From Eubacteriales bacterium (GTDB taxonomy: Bacteria > Bacillota > Clostridia > Oscillospirales > CAG-272), in the NCBI GenBank assembly GCA_045632185.1, contig JAZQWF010000056.1, forward strand, positions 28,168 through 92,167: a stretch of DNA of 64,000 bases, read 5' to 3'. How positions within the stretch are numbered: the first letter of the stretch is position 1; each line of letters opens with the position of its first letter. Below are positions 27,110-35,366 of this stretch, piece after piece. The position numbers and the translations under genes are program-made. Under the pieces are notes generated by a model. It saw only the letters and a program-made list of their open reading frames with translations. It searched no databases and was not told the origin of the DNA.

Positions 27110-27676
27110 ATGCAGAGCAAATACCTTGAAGCCCGCGAAATCTCCGCTTTGCGGCGTGAAGCGGGCGTAGAGTGGTTGCCGCTGGAAGTGGCATTTTTGA
27201 CGGGGCTGCGGATTGGTGATGTGCTGAAAATCCGCCCGTGTGATCTCACGCCGCAGGGCGTAGTTTACACGGCGGAAAAAACGGGCAAGCGTGGATTTGC
27301 GCCCCTGCCGCCAACGGTCTTGGCGGCGTTGCATAAAAATGCGCGGGGAGAATGGTGCTTTCCCTCGCCAAAGGCGAAAGGGAAGCACCTCACGCGCCAA
27401 GCCGCATGGCAACGCATAAAGAGAGCCGCCAAGCGCGCAGGGGTGGAGCCGCGCGGGGTGAGCCCGCACGCCCTGCGCAAAAGTTTTGCAGTGGAGCGCA
27501 TGCACACGGGGGGCTTGCAAGCGGTGCAGGCGGCGTTACAGCATGACAGCGCGGGTGTAACCGAGATTTACGCGCTTTCCGACTGGCTGACGGGGGAAAA
27601 CGCAAACAAGCCGCTTTTGCGCCGCGACCTGCAAGCCATTGCGACAAAAATTGCCGAGTTGCTTCGGGGGGGTTGA
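27110..27676 (+). CDS. tyrosine recombinase/integrase, catalytic domain only (188 aa)
   Basis: An AGGAG ribosome-binding site is present, and an in-frame TAG 12 nt upstream prevents any N-terminal extension. The catalytic signature is complete: Arg (LTGLRIGDV), Lys (EKTGKR), HxxR (SPHALRKSF), His (LQHDS) and the Tyr nucleophile (VTEIY). Confidence 0.85.
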   Translation: MQSKYLEAREISALRREAGVEWLPLEVAFLTGLRIGDVLKIRPCDLTPQGVVYTAEKTGKRGFAPLPPTVLAALHKNARGEWCFPSPKAKGKHLTRQAAWQRIKRAAKRAGVEPRGVSPHALRKSFAVERMHTGGLQAVQAALQHDSAGVTEIYALSDWLTGENANKPLLRRDLQAIATKIAELLRGG

Positions 27677-27802
27677 TTTTTGCGGGTTTCCGTGGTAACA
27701 TAGTGGGGAAAGGAGGTTGTCCTATAAAACAGCCATCTTCCTTTGGAGTTACCGCAAACAGGGGCGCTGTGCGCGCAGGTGGCGGCTTTTAATATGGCGG
27801 GG

Positions 27803-27818
27803 CAATTATACAAAATAC
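27803..27818. repeat. right direct repeat (attR core)
   Basis: CAATTATACAAAATAC. It is embedded in the perfect palindrome TATACAAAA-TACAAG-TTTTGTATA (27807-27830). Confidence 0.95.
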
Positions 27819-27966
27819 AAGTTTTGTATAAAAGAGGGGATCTAAAAAGGGCCTGAATACGGGGGTTTGGTGCGTCTGCGGCCTGATTTATGCTTGGGCG
27901 TGATATTCGGCCTGGATTTTTGATGGTTTTGCCTTCCTACGCAATTTTGATGTTTTTTGATCTGCT

Positions 27967-28108
27967 GCGTTAAAAATTTTTTCTTCAAACGATCAACACC
28001 CCGTACCGCACAATTATTTTTAACGTGCCTTTTTTCTTTGGAGCGCACTTACGGCATAAATTTTTCTTAAAAGCTTATTTTCAAAAAATGAGCGTTAAAA
28101 ATTTTTTC
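27967..28108. repeat. 17-bp perfect direct repeat pair GCGTTAAAAATTTTTTC (27967-27983 and 28092-28108) with inverted partial copies
   Basis: The two copies are exact and 125 bp apart. Partial inverted copies lie at 28016-28025 (ACGTTAAAAA on the minus strand) and 28144-28154 (GCTGCGTTAAA on the minus strand). Confidence 0.8.
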
Positions 28109-28443
28109 CTGTAACGGACTGTGCATCGTTTTTCATCATTTCATTTAACGCAGCAAAACGCCGCCGAGGCACCATCATATAAAATCCGAAAGCAATACAA
28201 ACATCACTTTGTAAAAAAATCCTTTTTCTTCTTTTTGTTAATGTTTTAACAATCAAAAGAAAAGCTTTGAGATTTTTATACAAAACAAAATCTTATAAAT
28301 TGTAAATAGTACCGATTTTTTCGTGTTTGTTCAAAAAAAGATTGCCCTTATTTTAGTTTTATGTTATAATATCTGCGTATGGTTGAAAGTATGCTTTACG
28401 GCAAGCTTTCCTATCAAAAAATTCATCGGAGGTTTACCGAATT

Positions 28444-28869
28444 ATGGCAATCAAAATGCGCGTACTTTACACCCCCACCAAGAAAAAACTGGCTGACATG
28501 GCCAATATCATCAAGGCAGAATACGCCCTGGACGTCAACGCTGTTGACAAGATCCTTCCCGCTTATTCCTGCAATAACGAGCGTATCGTGATCCTGATGC
28601 TCTCCCTCAAAGGCGAGCCCGACGATCAGCTCCGTCGTTTCTGCGGCGAGATGACCAAGGCACGTGCCAACAACACTGCCCTGATCATCAACGGTCCCGA
28701 GGCCGCTGCAAACCGCATGAAGGAGATCCTGGTGGCTGCCGGCACCAAGGTTGTTGACGAGGTATTCTACGTCAAGACCGCATTCCTTTCCTTCCTTGAC
28801 AAGATCACGGATGAGGAAAAGGCAGATCTGCTTGCTTGGACGCACCGCGTTGTTGACGGCTTGCAGTAA
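28444..28869 (+). CDS. hypothetical protein (alpha/beta, flavodoxin-like impression only)
   Basis: 141 aa. A GGAGG lies upstream, and a TTGCCC-17-TATAAT promoter sits at about 28343-28371. A strong terminator follows. I recognised no diagnostic motif. Confidence 0.55.
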   Translation: MAIKMRVLYTPTKKKLADMANIIKAEYALDVNAVDKILPAYSCNNERIVILMLSLKGEPDDQLRRFCGEMTKARANNTALIINGPEAAANRMKEILVAAGTKVVDEVFYVKTAFLSFLDKITDEEKADLLAWTHRVVDGLQ

Positions 28870-28888
28870 TCCGTTTGACACAAAAAAA

Positions 28889-28919
28889 GCCCTTGCCGAC
28901 GATGCGGCAAGGGCTTTTT
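28889..28919 (+). terminator. rho-independent terminator
   Basis: Hairpin GCCCTTGCCG-ACGATG-CGGCAAGGGC followed by TTTTT. Confidence 0.85.
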
Positions 28920-29065
28920 GCTATTTCAAAAAGTAAACATTTTGCAAAATTTCCCCTTCCCGCTTGCTCTTTTTTGCTTATTATGTTATACTATATGGGA
29001 TTATATTTCTAATCGCGAGCGATATGTACGCGCGCGATAAGTTTAAGCAAAGCGAGGTCTTACTT

Positions 29066-30277
29066 ATGAAGTATTTGGTTCTGATCCCCGACGGCATGGC
29101 TGACGAGCAGATCGAGGCACTTGGCGGCCTTTCCCCCATGCAAAAGGCACACAAGCCCGTGATGGACGAGCTGGCAAAAAGCGCGCTTGTTGGCACGGTT
29201 TCCAACGTTCCCGAGGGCATGGTTCCCGAGAGTGATACGGCAAATCTTGCCATTCTTTCCTACGATCCCAAGGAGTTTTCCAAGGGTCGTTCCCCGCTGG
29301 AAGCCGTCAGCATCGGCATCGAGATGCAGCCCGACGAGGTTGCCTACCGTTGCAACGTGGTAACGCTTTCCGATAACGGCGAGGATTACGACGATAAGAT
29401 CATTCTTGACCACAGCGCTGACGAGATCACCACCGCCGAGGCAGACGAGCTGATCAAGGCGTTGGAGGCCGAAATGGGCGACGAGATCAAGAAATTCTAT
29501 ACCGGTATCAGCTACCGTCATTGCCTGATCTGGAAGAACGGTAACGACAAGTACAATTTCAACCGTCCCCACGATATTCTCGGCCGCCGCATCGGCGAGT
29601 ACCTGCCCGATCAGGAAAACGGCAAGGAATTCTACGATCTGATGCGCAAAAGCTTTGATATTCTCAACCATCACCCCGTCAACGAGGCACGCCGTGCGCG
29701 CGGCTTGAAGCCCGCAAACTCCGCTTGGCTTTGGAGCCCCGGCAAGAAGCCGCAGCTTCCCTCCTTTGAGGAAAAATGGGGCTTAAAGGGTGCTGTGATC
29801 TCTGCCGTTGACCTGATCAAGGGCATCGGTCTTTGCGCCAAGATGCGCTCCATTGACGTAGAGGGTGCAACCGGTAACGTACACACCAACTACAAGGGTA
29901 AGGCAGACGCCGCCATCGAGGCATTCCGTGACGGTGCCGAGCTTGTTTACGTACACGTGGAAGGTCCGGACGAGTGCGGCCATCGCGCTGAGCTGGAAAA
30001 TAAGGTCACCTGCATCGAGCGTATTGACGCAGAGATCCTTGCGCCCGTGCTTGCTTACCTGCGCGAGTGTGGCGAGGACTTCAAGATCATGATCCTACCT
30101 GACCACCCCACGCCCATTCGTATTCGTACGCACACCATTCTCCCCGTTCCCTTCATGATCTACTCCTCTACCGAGAGCAAAAACGGTGTCGAGCAGTTCA
30201 GCGAGCAGAGCGCCGAGGCACAGAATTATTATGTGGAGAACGGCTATACTTTGATGGGGCTGCTGACGCAGAAATGA
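29066..30277 (+). CDS. cofactor-independent phosphoglycerate mutase family protein (ApgM-type; some homologues act as alternative homoserine kinases)
   Basis: 403 aa counted from MKYLVLIPDGMADE. It has metalloenzyme-superfamily blocks (HVEGPDECGHRAE, LPDHPTP). Confidence 0.8.
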   Translation: MKYLVLIPDGMADEQIEALGGLSPMQKAHKPVMDELAKSALVGTVSNVPEGMVPESDTANLAILSYDPKEFSKGRSPLEAVSIGIEMQPDEVAYRCNVVTLSDNGEDYDDKIILDHSADEITTAEADELIKALEAEMGDEIKKFYTGISYRHCLIWKNGNDKYNFNRPHDILGRRIGEYLPDQENGKEFYDLMRKSFDILNHHPVNEARRARGLKPANSAWLWSPGKKPQLPSFEEKWGLKGAVISAVDLIKGIGLCAKMRSIDVEGATGNVHTNYKGKADAAIEAFRDGAELVYVHVEGPDECGHRAELENKVTCIERIDAEILAPVLAYLRECGEDFKIMILPDHPTPIRIRTHTILPVPFMIYSSTESKNGVEQFSEQSAEAQNYYVENGYTLMGLLTQK

Positions 30278-30305
30278 TCGTCACACGCTCCGGAAAGGAG
30301 TTAAT

Positions 30306-30914
30306 ATGAGCAAAAAAACTGCCACTTCCGCAAAGGAAAAAGCCCATGCGGGTGCGATACACACCGTGTTTGATTACGTGGAAATGATGGTGTTTACCGT
30401 GGCCGCAGTGGTACTGCTTTTGTCCTTTTGCTTCCGTCTTTGCGTGGTAAGCGGCCCTTCGATGAACAACACGCTGCTCAACGGTGAAAAGCTGATCGTT
30501 TCCAATCTGTTTTACACGCCCGATACGGGAGATATCATCGTTTTTCATCAAACCAGCGACGTGAACGATAAGTTCAACGAGCCGATCGTCAAACGCGTGA
30601 TCGCTACGGGCGGCGAGTTCGTGAAGATTGACTACGCGCAAAACAAGGTTTACGTATCCTCGGATGACGAATTTACCGAGGACGAGGTGCTTGCCGAGGA
30701 TTATATCATTCCCGGAAAGCCGAATTATCTTTCCGCCGTTGCCAACGTCTACGTGTACGAGGTGCCCGAGGGGCATCTGTTCGTGATGGGCGATAATCGC
30801 CCCGTTTCTGCGGATAGCCGCTACGGCGCCGTGGACTTTGTGGACGAGCGCCGCGTGCTTGGTAAGGTGCTGTTACGCGTCACTCCCTTCACTAAATTCG
30901 GAAAGGTGGGATAA
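30306..30914 (+). CDS. lepB: signal peptidase I
   Basis: 202 aa with a TM anchor. The catalytic Ser box is SGPSMNNTL, the Lys box is KRVIATGGE, and the GDNRPVSADSR box is present. Confidence 0.9.
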   Translation: MSKKTATSAKEKAHAGAIHTVFDYVEMMVFTVAAVVLLLSFCFRLCVVSGPSMNNTLLNGEKLIVSNLFYTPDTGDIIVFHQTSDVNDKFNEPIVKRVIATGGEFVKIDYAQNKVYVSSDDEFTEDEVLAEDYIIPGKPNYLSAVANVYVYEVPEGHLFVMGDNRPVSADSRYGAVDFVDERRVLGKVLLRVTPFTKFGKVG

Positions 30915-30915
30915 T

Positions 30916-31800
30916 ATGCCGACAGATATCATTCAATGGTTCCCCGGTCATATGGCGAAAACCCGCCGTTTGATGAAGGAAAAATTAAAGGACGTGGACG
31001 TTGTGATCGAGCTTTTGGACGCCCGTATCCCGCAAAGCTCGCGCAACCCCGAAATTGAAAAGCTGACCGAGGGCAAGCCCCTTGTAACCCTGCTGAATAA
31101 GGCAATGCTGGCGGATCCCGCCGCGACCGATCGCTGGATCGCGCATTACCGCGAAAAAGGTCAGGTCTGCCTTGCTGTGGACTGTGTCAGCGGTAAGGGT
31201 ATGGATCAGCTGATGCCCGCCATTCGTAAAATTCTGGCGGAAAAGATCGCCCGCTACGAGCAAAAGGGTATGAGCGGCCGCCGCCTGCGCGCGATGGTCG
31301 TGGGTATCCCCAACGTGGGCAAATCCTCCCTTATCAACCGCCTTTGCGGCGGCAAAAAGGCGAAGGTGGAAAACCGCCCCGGCGTCACGCTTGCGCCGCA
31401 ATGGGTAAGCACCTCGTTAGGGCTTGATCTGATGGATATGCCCGGCGTTCTCTGGCCGCGATTTGATGACCGTAAGACGGGTGAAAATCTGGCTATTACG
31501 GGCGCCATCAAGGACGATGTGGTACAAATTGAAACCATTGCTATCGCGCTTTGTGCGCGCTTGCGCGTCATGTATCCCACACTTTTCGCTACGCGATACA
31601 AGTTCACCTGGGACGAGAAAACAACTGCCCTTTCCGATTACGATCTGTTCCTGTATATCGGCAGAAAACGCGGATTTTTGATCAGCGGCGGAGAAATCGA
31701 CACCGAGCGATGCGCCAATATGCTGCTGGATGAATTCCGCGCCGCGAAGATCGGCCGTATCACGCTGGACGGCGTGGAAAAGGAGGGCGGATCATGCTGA
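30916..31800 (+). CDS. rbgA: ribosome biogenesis GTPase A (YlqF/RbgA)
   Basis: 294 aa counted from MPTDIIQWFPGHMAKTRR. It is a circularly permuted GTPase (LLNKAMLAD ... VGIPNVGKSSLINRL). Confidence 0.9.
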   Translation: MPTDIIQWFPGHMAKTRRLMKEKLKDVDVVIELLDARIPQSSRNPEIEKLTEGKPLVTLLNKAMLADPAATDRWIAHYREKGQVCLAVDCVSGKGMDQLMPAIRKILAEKIARYEQKGMSGRRLRAMVVGIPNVGKSSLINRLCGGKKAKVENRPGVTLAPQWVSTSLGLDLMDMPGVLWPRFDDRKTGENLAITGAIKDDVVQIETIAIALCARLRVMYPTLFATRYKFTWDEKTTALSDYDLFLYIGRKRGFLISGGEIDTERCANMLLDEFRAAKIGRITLDGVEKEGGSC

Positions 31801-32393
31801 CTTACGAATTGGAGCAAGCGCTTGCAGACGAGGGCTTTGAACTTGTCTGCGGTGTCGACGAGGCAGGCCGAGGCCCGTTGTGCGGTCCCGTGGCGGCTGC
31901 CGCCGTCATTCTTCCCCGCGGTCTTGTGATCGAGGGGCTGAACGATTCCAAAAAGCTGTCGGAAAAGAAGCGCGAAGCGCTTTATGATGAGATCTGCAAA
32001 AATGCGATCGCGTATTCCGTAGTGCTTGGCAGCGTGGAGGAGATCAACGAAACGGATATCCTTTCCACTACCCTGCACGCGATGCGCACAGCCATTGAAA
32101 ATTTGGATCCCAAGCCGCAATTTGCCCTGATCGACGGCAATATTACGCGCGGATTTGAGCTTCCCTGCCGCGCCGTGGTACACGGCGACGCCACCTCTCC
32201 CTCGATCGCTGCCGCGTCCATTCTCGCAAAGGTCACGCGTGACCGCATTTGTGCCGAGCTGGACGAAAAATATCCGCAGTATGGGATCGGCAAGCACAAG
32301 GGATATGGTACCAAGGCGCATATGGACGCGCTGCGCGAGCACGGGCCTTGTGAGATCTACCGCACGAAATTTATCCGTTTTCTTGATAAATGA
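31794..32393 (+). CDS. rnhB: ribonuclease HII
   Basis: 199 aa. The motifs GVDEAGRGPLCGPV, DSKKLS and AASILAKVTRD are typical of RNase HII. Its start overlaps the rbgA stop. Confidence 0.93.
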   Translation: MLTYELEQALADEGFELVCGVDEAGRGPLCGPVAAAAVILPRGLVIEGLNDSKKLSEKKREALYDEICKNAIAYSVVLGSVEEINETDILSTTLHAMRTAIENLDPKPQFALIDGNITRGFELPCRAVVHGDATSPSIAAASILAKVTRDRICAELDEKYPQYGIGKHKGYGTKAHMDALREHGPCEIYRTKFIRFLDK

Positions 32394-32794
32394 TGTTGTT
32401 CAGTAAGCAGGATATCGGGAAATACGGCGAAAAATTAGCCGCCCGCTACTTAAAAAAGAAGGGATACCGCGTAGTCGGTAAAAATCTTCACTTCGGCAAA
32501 AACGAGCTGGATCTGATCGTAAAAAACAAGCAATTTCTGGCCTTTGTAGAGGTCAAAACGCGCAGCTACGAGAACGTTGAGGAGGCCGAGCAAAGCCGCC
32601 CTGCGCTTGCCGTAGATCAGGAGAAGCGCCTGCGCACCGTGCAAGCTGCCAAGGCCTATTTACGTGCCCATTCAACGCATCTTTGCCCGCGGCTGGACGT
32701 GGTGGAGGTCTACCTTGACCGTCAAAAGCGTTTGAAGCCCTTTAAGATCCATCATATCGAAGCCGCCTTTGCCGCAAACGGCAAAATACACTGA
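32390..32794 (+). CDS. yraN: YraN-family (UPF0102) endonuclease-like protein
   Basis: 134 aa. The pattern GEKLAARYLKKKGYRVVGKNLHFGKNELDLIV...LAFVEVKTR matches the family. The order rnhB then yraN is conserved. Confidence 0.85.
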   Translation: MMLFSKQDIGKYGEKLAARYLKKKGYRVVGKNLHFGKNELDLIVKNKQFLAFVEVKTRSYENVEEAEQSRPALAVDQEKRLRTVQAAKAYLRAHSTHLCPRLDVVEVYLDRQKRLKPFKIHHIEAAFAANGKIH

Positions 32795-32839
32795 TTTCAG
32801 TTAAAAATTCCTCACGGAAGAAGTATAAAGGAGTATGTT

Positions 32840-34324
32840 ATGAATTTCCAAAGCACCCGCGACGAAAGCGCCGCAAAATTCTCCGCCGCACAGGTCATCA
32901 AGCAGGGTCTTGCTGCTGATGGCGGCCTGTTCGTGCCCGAAACGATCCCCACGCTGACCGCTGACGAGATCAATGCCCTTTGCAAGGTGGATTACCCCAC
33001 CCGCGCCGCCAAAATTCTTGGCAAGTTCCTGACCGATTACACCGAGGAGGAGCTGCTGGCCGACTGTCGTGCCGCTTACGCTCCCACCTCCTTTGTGGGC
33101 GGTGCCGCTCCCCTGGTTTCTCTGGACGATACCGTCTATTCCATGGAGCTCTGGCACGGTCCTACCGCTGCATTCAAGGATATGGCGTTGCAGATCATGC
33201 CCCGCCTGCTCTCCCGCGCACTGGTCAAGACCGGCGAGGAGCGCACGGCCCTTATTCTCGTTGCCACCTCCGGTGACACGGGCAAGGCCGCTTTGGAGGG
33301 CTACAAGGATATCGAGCGCATCAAGATCGCGGTATTCTACCCCGAGAACGGCGTTAGCCGCGTGCAGAAGCTGCAAATGCAGACGCAGACCGGCGACAAC
33401 GTGTACGTTTGCGCCATCAACGGCAACTTTGACGATGCGCAGACCGGCGTGAAAAAGATCTTCTCTGATAAAGAGGCCGCCGATTACCTCAACGAGAAGG
33501 GCCTGTTCCTCTCCTCCGCCAACTCGATCAACTGGGGCCGTCTTGCACCCCAGATCGTGTACTACGTTTCCGCATACTGCGATCTTTTGAACGCAGGCCG
33601 TATCCAGATGGGCGATAAGATGAACGTGACCGTTCCCACAGGTAACTTTGGCAATATCTTTGCCGCTTACCTTGCCAAGCTGATGGGTCTGCCCGTTGGT
33701 CAGCTGATCTGTGCCTCCAACAAGAACAATATCCTGACCGATTTCCTTGCAAGTGGCACCTACGATCGCAACCGCGCCTTCCATCTGACCATGTCCCCCT
33801 CTATGGACATTCTGATTTCCAGCAACTTGGAGCGCCTTCTGTACTTCACTGCCGGCGCAAATCGCACCGCAGCTTACATGGCTTCTCTCAACAAGACCGG
33901 TGCTTACACCGTTGATGCTGACGTAAAGGCCGCGATCGACGCGTCCTTCAAGGGCTATTTCGCGGACGAGGAAAAGACGGCCGCTACCATTCGCGCAACG
34001 ATGGATAAGTACAATTACCTTGCCGACACGCACACCGCTGTGGCTCTTTCCGCTGCCAACGATTACATTGCAGAAACCGGTGATAAGACCCCCATGGTCG
34101 TGGCTTCCACGGCAAGCCCCTACAAGTTCGCTGCTGACGTATACACCTCTCTTTACGGCGAGCAGCCCACCGAGGCACTTGCGGCACTTGACACGCTTTC
34201 CGCAAAGACTGCTACCGAAATTCCTTACCCGCTTCGCGGCATCGGCGAGCGCACCGTGCGCTTCACCGACGTGGTGGCTTCCGACAAGATGTGGAATGCC
34301 GTTGTGAACTACGTAAACAAGTAA
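32840..34324 (+). CDS. thrC: threonine synthase (long form)
   Basis: 494 aa. The PLP-Lys region is LWHGPTAAFKDMALQ, and the GNFGNI motif is present. Confidence 0.93.
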   Translation: MNFQSTRDESAAKFSAAQVIKQGLAADGGLFVPETIPTLTADEINALCKVDYPTRAAKILGKFLTDYTEEELLADCRAAYAPTSFVGGAAPLVSLDDTVYSMELWHGPTAAFKDMALQIMPRLLSRALVKTGEERTALILVATSGDTGKAALEGYKDIERIKIAVFYPENGVSRVQKLQMQTQTGDNVYVCAINGNFDDAQTGVKKIFSDKEAADYLNEKGLFLSSANSINWGRLAPQIVYYVSAYCDLLNAGRIQMGDKMNVTVPTGNFGNIFAAYLAKLMGLPVGQLICASNKNNILTDFLASGTYDRNRAFHLTMSPSMDILISSNLERLLYFTAGANRTAAYMASLNKTGAYTVDADVKAAIDASFKGYFADEEKTAATIRATMDKYNYLADTHTAVALSAANDYIAETGDKTPMVVASTASPYKFAADVYTSLYGEQPTEALAALDTLSAKTATEIPYPLRGIGERTVRFTDVVASDKMWNAVVNYVNK

Positions 34325-34340
34325 TTTCAGCAAAAAATGA

Positions 34341-34365
34341 GAGTGGCGGCGCTTGGCGCCGCCAC
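34341..34365. terminator. bidirectional terminator between thrC and the DUF1540 gene
   Basis: Hairpin AGTGGCGGCGC-TTG-GCGCCGCCACT, with an A-run upstream and T-rich sequence downstream on the opposite strand. Confidence 0.8.
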
Positions 34366-34376
34366 TTTGAAAAAGA

Positions 34377-34556
34377 TCAGTCCTTTTTCGCCTTAAAAGT
34401 TGCGCAGATCGTTTCTGCACTGGAACAGGCAAAATTGGGGCCTACGTTGATCTTTGTTGCCGTGCAATGGCAATCGCCGGTGTGATACTGGCAGTTCTTT
34501 ACGTCGCAGGTAATCCCCTCGTTAATGCACTTTCCGTTCTTGCAATTCATATCCAT
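34377..34556 (-). CDS. DUF1540 domain-containing small Cys-rich protein
   Basis: 59 aa counted from MDMNCKNGKC (an AAGGAGA ribosome-binding site lies 8 nt upstream). The pattern ITCDVKNCQYHTGDCHCTATKINVG matches DUF1540. Confidence 0.7.
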   Translation of the reverse strand: MDMNCKNGKCINEGITCDVKNCQYHTGDCHCTATKINVGPNFACSSAETICATFKAKKD

Positions 34557-34643
34557 GGCTTGTATCTCCTTTCCTTGGATACTAACAGTATGCGGCACTT
34601 TGCGCTGAATTATTCTATCAAAATTCTGACGAAAGGAGCGCCT

Positions 34644-35366
34644 ATGTCACTTTTTACGATCGCAGATCTGCACCTTTCCGCAGCGACCGACCACCCGATG
34701 GACGTGTTCGGCTCGCGCTGGAAAAACTACACGCAAAAAATTGAAAAAAACTGGCGCGCCATCGTCACAGACGAGGATACCGTGGTGTTGCCGGGAGATA
34801 TCTCCTGGGCTATGAATTTGAGCGAGGCACGCGAGGATTTCGCTTTTTTGAATTCCCTCCCCGGTAAAAAGCTGCTGGGCAAGGGCAATCACGATTTTTG
34901 GTGGGAGACCGCCGCCAAGCTCCACCGCTTTTTTGCGGAAAACGGCTTCACCACGCTTTCCCTGCTTTACAACAACGCCTTCGTCGTGGAGGATTTCATC
35001 GTCTGCGGCACGAGAGGGTGGTTTTTGGAGGAGGAAAAGCAGCTGACCGTGGGCGAGGTGGACTTCGCCAAGATCCAAAACCGCGAGGCCATGCGCTTAA
35101 AGCTTAGTCTTGATGCCGCTAAGGCCCTGCAAAAAGAGGAGAATGCCGACAAGGAACTTCTGGTCTTTTTGCACTTCCCGCCCGTCTGGAACGGATTTGT
35201 GTGGCAGGAATTTATTGAGCTGATGAAGGAATACGGCGTGAAACGCGTGTTCTGCGGGCACATTCACGGCAAGTATAATATCCCCCGCACACAGGTGGTG
35301 GAGGGGTTGGAGATCACGCTGATCTCCTCGGATTTTTCGGATTTTATACCTTATATTATTAAATAA
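34644..35366 (+). CDS. metallophosphoesterase family protein
   Basis: 240 aa counted from MSLFTIADLHLS (AAAGGAG ribosome-binding site). The motifs DLH, GDISWA, GNHDFWW and GHIHG are present. Confidence 0.8.
   Translation: MSLFTIADLHLSAATDHPMDVFGSRWKNYTQKIEKNWRAIVTDEDTVVLPGDISWAMNLSEAREDFAFLNSLPGKKLLGKGNHDFWWETAAKLHRFFAENGFTTLSLLYNNAFVVEDFIVCGTRGWFLEEEKQLTVGEVDFAKIQNREAMRLKLSLDAAKALQKEENADKELLVFLHFPPVWNGFVWQEFIELMKEYGVKRVFCGHIHGKYNIPRTQVVEGLEITLISSDFSDFIPYIIK

Larger units (their letters stand above)
25495..27818 (+). mobile_element. small integrated element (Rep + tyrosine recombinase) bounded by 16-bp direct repeats; circular unit 2308 bp
   Basis: The exact repeat CAATTATACAAAATAC occurs at both ends. 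The interior is GC-rich while the flanks are AT-rich. It contains only an HUH Rep, a tyrosine recombinase and structured non-coding DNA. Confidence 0.8.

Noticed and set aside
27803-27833. I considered whether the target palindrome is the chromosomal dif site, which would make this a Xer-exploiting IMEX.
   Set aside because: I could not align it convincingly to the dif consensus sequences I remember. The element also encodes its own recombinase. I left this as an open alternative rather than a claim.
27842-28048. A 68-aa very basic minus-strand ORF, and a 62-aa ORF at 28095..28283.
   Set aside because: Neither has a ribosome-binding site. The first begins at a GTG with no Shine-Dalgarno sequence. 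Both lie in repeat-rich AT-rich DNA and are probably spurious.
27850-28154. I considered whether the short spaced repeats could be a degenerate CRISPR array.
   Set aside because: The repeat units are only 7-17 bp, irregularly spaced and partly inverted. No cas genes are nearby. They are not CRISPR-like.
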